A stretch of DNA of 38,544 bases from assembly GCF_001194135.2 (NCBI RefSeq), contig NC_068995.1, positions 23,853,056 to 23,891,599 of the forward strand, read 5' to 3'. This document shows positions 33,142 through 38,544 of this stretch, piece after piece. The position numbers and the translations under genes were made by a program. The notes beneath the pieces were generated by a model that was not told the DNA's origin, made no database searches, and was given only the letters and a program-made list of their open reading frames with translations. Numbering within the stretch: the first letter of the stretch is position 1; every line of letters begins with the position of its first letter. The DNA comes from Octopus bimaculoides (taxonomy: Eukaryota).

Positions 33142-33184
33142 CAAACATACATACATACATTCATACATACATACATACATACAT
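33066..33184. repeat. (CA)n-(CATA)n microsatellite
   Basis: Directly visible. Confidence 0.95.
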
Positions 33185-34944
33185 AATGTCTGCAACAGCA
33201 ATGTCATTCATTGATTGTTCCCTTAAACATGAGCAACATAAATGTGGGTTTTTACTTCCACTAGAGAGCGACCCTTTTTGGCACCGATGTGACAAGGATG
33301 GCAACATTTTTAGCAAGCCTTCAGAGAGCTTAACACAAGCTGATACTTGCCTTCATTTTATCATGGCATTTTCATTAAAGTTTTTGACAATTATGGTCAA
33401 AAATAGTATCAAAATCAAGTGATTCCTGGACCTGAAGCTACCAAAAGTGAGGAAATGCGTTGCACAGGGCCAAAACCACTCTCTGAATAACGTATGCATC
33501 TGCCCGTAGGTGTTACATCAAAGTTTTCCTTCTCCCAGAGAGATATCTAAACAAAGACTGTTGATCCATCGCTCCCGATATCTGATTCTTCACACCCGCT
33601 ACTTGGCCCTTCGATCCCGGTACTTGGTTTGATACAGGGAGTCAAACAAGGATCATATGTCTTACCGGCTTGGTTTTGTAAGGTGAACTGCGATATGGCA
33701 TGGGATTACTGTATATATATTTCCTTTGTGAGTGTAATACACGGACAAAACAGCTAGAGGCGCAGAGACGATGAGACTGCTGTTGCAGATTATCAATTCA
33801 GGCAGATGTTTGGATGAAATGGAATAAAAATTAGGGAGGTGTGCCAGTGGCATTACCAAAAGGTGAATCGTTTGTTTATCATGTTGAAGGAGGCGTGTGA
33901 AGCATAAAAGAAAGTGGTTTGTTTACATCAATGTGAGAAGAGTGTTCAGGGACCAAGAGGTGATCACTGCAGTAACGGAACGATCTGATCACCGTGAAGA
34001 AGTTCGTGAACATGGTTTCTTAAGCAGCGTTCTGTTCCACTTCCATGAATTGCATGGCAGTTCCTTTTGCCTGTTGCTTTTGCTGCTGCTTTGTTGGTGT
34101 TGCTGTTTTACCTCAGTTTAAACTTCATCAAAGAGGCCACTGAGGAAATGCATTCTTAAAACATCCAAACAATTTTAGGTCTGTATGTGATGATATACAC
34201 AATAATTATTGAAAGAGAATAGTCACTCTGTGGACAGAGACAATCTATCTTCAGAGAGCTAAGAATCGTGTCAGAGTGTTTCTACTTTTCTGAAAGACAA
34301 ATGCAAAATCAATAAAAACCTATTGTGCAATCACTTTGCTTACTTACATTAAGAAGTTAAACTGTATTTTTATTGATGATGCGTATCTTCTACAACGTTT
34401 CAAATCGCGTGAATGCATTTGTGTGTGAGTGTGCTTCTGTGTGTTTGTGTTTGTGTATGCTCATGTGAAATCGTTATTATTTTTATTACTAGATTGTGTG
34501 TAATAAAGACGGTTGGGCAAAACACAAACTGATTCCAGCATTTAATTATATCTGTTTACACCTGAGTTCTAATTAAGCTGACTTCGATACAATTAAGATC
34601 TGTTAATATGAGGGGGTAAGTTGATTTACTATGTAATTCTTCTAAAATATTGTGGTGCTGGGCAAATTGACAATTTAGTGCGAAAGAAGACGGCAAAATA
34701 AGATTTTAGGATTTCAGAACGTTCTTTTGAATTCGTATTTCAAATTCAGCATCGGACACATTTTCTATTTTACCAGTCCAATAGCGAACGAGAGTTGAGA
34801 GACACACAAAGATTAATTTTTGCAATCTAAAACTATTCTGACTTTTTCTTTTACAGTATTAGCTATAATGCTAACAAATACCATTATATACATAAGTACA
34901 CTACTTTATATATGTATATTCAGCTTCAAGCTTCAATAGATTTA

Positions 34945-35891
34945 CGAGGTCCGATCAATAAGTATCCGGAATGTTGACATAGTAATGAAGCGGAGGCACG
35001 CAAAGTAAGATCACTTAGCAACAGTTTGACCTTGACCTCTGTTGTGCATGTGCACAAAGTTTTAACGTTCTAGCCAGCTTCCGCTATTTACAGCAGTGCT
35101 TCGAAGTAACGTGTGTAACGTGTGATCGTCGCATTGACCATAGCAGAGAAAATTGTCGTTGCGACACCTGCTCAGAGGCCTACACAAGGTTGCAGAAAAT
35201 GTATGATATGGAGTGTATGAGCCGCACACAAGTGTATGAGTGGTTCAGATGTTTCCAAGATGGCCGAAAATATGTCGATAGTGACGAACGTTCTGAGAGC
35301 CATGCAACCAGTAGAACTGAGAAAAACATCGCAGATGTGCGTGCAGCTGTGAGGGGAAATAGTTGAATCACCACCTGTGAGTAATCAGAGGATGTGCAGA
35401 CTAGTTACGGTTCAGTTCAGTCCCTTATCACTGAAGATTTGAGTATGAGACGTTTCTCTGCCAAGTATGTGCCAAATCTGTTTTCAGCTGACCAACAGGA
35501 CACTCGGGCTTTAGTTGCACCAAACTTCCTTGATTTTGTCGAGAACGATGTAAACGTCGAGAACGATGTAAACGTCGAGAACGATGTAAACGTCGAGAAC
35601 GATGAAAACGTTTTGAAAACTTTGCGTAGAGCTCTGAGAAGGTATCGCCAAGCTTTGACAAAATTTGATGCAGATTCTCTGCTCAACTTTTTCTATCATG
35701 ATCAATGCATTGAACACACGCTACACAAGGTACGTCCAAGCACTGCTCTATACAGCGAAAGTGAGCTAGAATGTTAAAACTTAGTACGCATGCACAGCAG
35801 AGTTCACGGTCAATCTGTACCAAGTGGCTTTACTCTGTGCTTTAGCTTCGTTATTATGGCAACAGTACGAATACTTATTGATCAGACCACG
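34945..35891 (+). mobile_element. Non-autonomous mariner made of two inverted 5' ends, with TA TSD on both sides
   Basis: TA|CGAGGTCCGATCAATAAGTATCCG... and ...CGAATACTTATTGATCAGACCACG|TA. The + strand encodes the transposase N-terminal half (MSRTQVYEWFRCFQDGR...EDLSMRRFSAKYVP...ENDENVLKT). The - strand of 35620-35891 again encodes the N-terminus (MIEKVEQRICIKFCQ). Confidence 0.88.
35538..35609 (+). repeat. 18-bp tandem x4 (GTCGAGAACGATGTAAAC), in frame (VENDVN)
   Basis: Copies at 35538, 35556, 35574 and 35592; the last ends GAAAAC. Confidence 0.95.
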
Positions 35892-36491
35892 TATATATAG
35901 GAAAAAGAACACTGAGTGGTGTAAGACAACCGTGAAAGAAATTATCAAAAAATATCTTTATCCTACTACACACACACTCTCCACCTGAATAGACTTACCG
36001 CAAATTACTTAACAAGAGATCAAAATACCTCCAAGTGCCTACCACTCCCAACTTCTCACAAATTATAGTTGCCTCTAACAAATCGGTTTTTATCCACGTT
36101 TCACAATTGTATTTATATATGTTCATATACTTTTACACAGCTATATACGTGGGTCTGTTTTTCTCAAAGTAGAGTATATCTTGGGGTATATGTGCCCATG
36201 TATCATTTTGCTTAGTGTAAGTTAACTTTGTAATTATATCCAGCTGAATTTGTATTTATATGTGTATGACAGAGTTTCTAACTGTATATACGATATGTAC
36301 ATACATCTGTATGCATGTAAATATATACTTACACAAGCTCGTACGTACATGCACACAGGCGCTCAGATACACAAATAGATGCCAACAAAAAAATATCAAG
36401 TTGGAAAAAAAAGCTAAAATGGAAGGAGGGATGGATAAAATAAAATAAAATTACTTGCTTACCAAAGAGAAACAAATTAAAAGGGAGATGT

Positions 36492-36781
36492 TGTTGTGAA
36501 AATGGTATGCCCCTTCCCACGTGACAAAGGGGTATGAGTGGCCACTATAAAGTGAGCTAGTCGGTAGTTGTAGGATGTCAGTAGTAACAGTCGTTGTGCG
36601 AGTTCTCAGTTGGAATTAGTGTAAGTTACGTGATATATACGAGTTCGAGTTGCCGTCAAGATAGAAGTTTCAAAGTCATTGTCTTGCAGAGCTATCAGCA
36701 ATAGCACAATAGACCCCTGGCAACAGGGGTATTACAGCGCCGACAAAAACATACAAGTGAATGAAGATCCACATTATAACA
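36492..36781 (+). mobile_element. Possible solo LTR
   Basis: Begins TGTTGT and ends ATAACA (imperfect short TIR), 290 bp, with a TATAAA near the 5' part. No TSD was found. Confidence 0.25.
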
Positions 36782-38544
36782 ATATATATATATATATGAT
36801 CAAACCCCACGCATCAATTTCCAAGTAAGTTTTATTTTAATAATTCAGATGCGTACTCTACACTCTCTATTCTCCCTTCGCTTATTCTTCTTTCTTTCGG
36901 TTTTTCTACTCCTCCCCTTCACCGTTCTCTTTCTCTCCCTCTCTCTCCCTTACTCTTCCTCCTTGACTCTCTCGTTGCTCGCACGTCACTAGCAGCTATC
37001 GTTCTTTTTTCCTCTTGGCTTACAAGAGATAAGACCTACTTTTGCCTGTCTATTGTCACAACTCCTTTCTCTAGCGTTCACCACTTCACCTCGTTATGGC
37101 TTAACAGCCCTCACCGTTTGTTTTTACTGTTTTGCTCTTACTGTTTTCTTTTTGTTACCAATCTAACCCTCTGCAAAAATCCCAAATTTTATTTAATTTG
37201 CTTTGAGGGAAGGACTGCTTTAATGAAGTCGTGTTTTGTCCTAACTTTCAAAACGTGGAGTAGATAAAACAGGGGACAACTGAAGAAGGGATAGTTCATT
37301 ATGTTGCCTGTCTCGTTTCTCTATTTGTTTCTTTCGTTGTCCCCAAAAGTTCGTTTTCCATGTTTTTGTGTTTTATATTCTCGTTTTTCATTTTGTTCAC
37401 GTCTTTTGACGTCCTGTACCCATATACACATGACTTTCTCTTATTACTTCTCTTATTACTTCTTAGATTACCCGCCCCACCGATATGACTCCCTTTATTT
37501 TATTTTTTTTAATTTTTTTTTTTTAAATTTTATTTTAAGTTTTATTTTTATTTTAAGTTTATTCTTACTTTTTTTACATGAATATCTGTGTATGTCTTTT
37601 TATTGTTCTTAGCCACCAACTTAACACTACACACTGAATCGTGGCAAGGTATGGAAGGTTTTCGGAGGACCGGAGAGATTATGTCTGGGTGGAGAATTAT
37701 ACGAGGTATAGTACTATACAGAATACCGAAAGGATCTTCACCTCTTACANNNNNNNNNNNNNNNNNNNNNNNNNNNNNNNNNNNNNNNNNNNNNNNNNNN
37801 NNNNNNNNNNNNNNNNNNNNNNNNNNNNNNNNNNNNNNNNNNNNNNNNNNNNNNNNNNNNNNNNNNNNNNNNNNNNNNNNNNNNNNNNNNNNNNNNNNNN
37901 NNNNNNNNNNNNNNNNNNNNNNNNNNNNNNNNNNNNNNNNNNNNNNNNNNNNNNNNNNNNNNNNNNNNNNNNNNNNNNNNNNNNNNNNNNNNNNNNNNNN
38001 NNNNNNNNNNNNNNNNNNNNNNNNNNNNNNNNNNNNNNNNNNNNNNNNNNNNNNNNNNNNNNNNNNNNNNNNNNNNNNNNNNNNNNNNNNNNNNNNNNNN
38101 NNNNNNNNNNNNNNNNNNNNNNNNNNNNNNNNNNNNNNNNNNNNNNNNNNNNNNNNNNNNNNNNNNNNNNNNNNGTATAGTGATGAGTATGTGATCATGA
38201 ATTAAAATATATAATGAGATTAAAGTTGGTTATGTGCTCATATTTAGATGTGTTTTGTATTTTTCGATGAACAAATTTTCTTTATGTTAAAGGTTTTGCA
38301 GATGTTTTCCTGGGGCTAAAAAAAAAAACCAGTAACAACGTCTTTTACAGGTCTGTCACATTCTGATGGCATATAAACTGTTACTGTATATCTCTCGCTC
38401 AGAGATTTAAAAAATCTGTTTTTCGCTATACGAGATTAGCGATTTGTGTGTCGCTTAAAAAAATATAGAGTATTTGTAAGAGGACTGAGAACGGAAAACA
38501 TACAGAAACCTAGGTCTGTGAGTATCACGTTCGACTACATTTTG

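Noticed and set aside
33540-34100. Isolated GVKQG (+) and VHELL (-) RT-like words
   Set aside because: Single short motifs on opposite strands without supporting context; they may be very old LINE debris but cannot be called.
37240-37345. Hammerhead-like GGGGACAA-CTGAAGA-AGGG...TTGTCCCC
   Set aside because: There is no GAAA in the required position between the stems, so a catalytic core cannot be built.
37600-37749. DYVWVENY, resembling a Gypsy integrase C-terminal motif
   Set aside because: Too short and runs into a gap; no second motif to confirm it.
769-38205. Long ORFs in the track that are filled with X
   Set aside because: They are open only because N gaps contain no stops. They were used only where the flanking residues show real TE motifs.

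Overview
Repeat-dominated, AT-rich eukaryotic scaffold with many N gaps. The SINE, microsatellite and transposon content suggests an octopus-like cephalopod (inference). No host protein-coding gene can be supported. The window holds decayed mariner and Tc1 DNA transposons, RTE and R4-clade LINE fragments, several Penelope-like (PLE) fragments, a Ty3/Gypsy integrase relic, a split tRNA-derived SINE and many microsatellites. The most notable feature is a young PLE insertion (21043-24202) bounded by a perfect 14-bp target-site duplication. It has an inverted 5' copy of its own 3' region, and its terminal repeat carries a tRNA-derived Pol III A/B-box head, a (TAA)n tract and a minimal type I hammerhead ribozyme. 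Other oddities are an RTE ending in three C2H2 zinc fingers, a DD36E Tc1 family, and a mariner built from two inverted left ends. All alignments and counts were done by eye, so coordinates of decayed elements are approximate.
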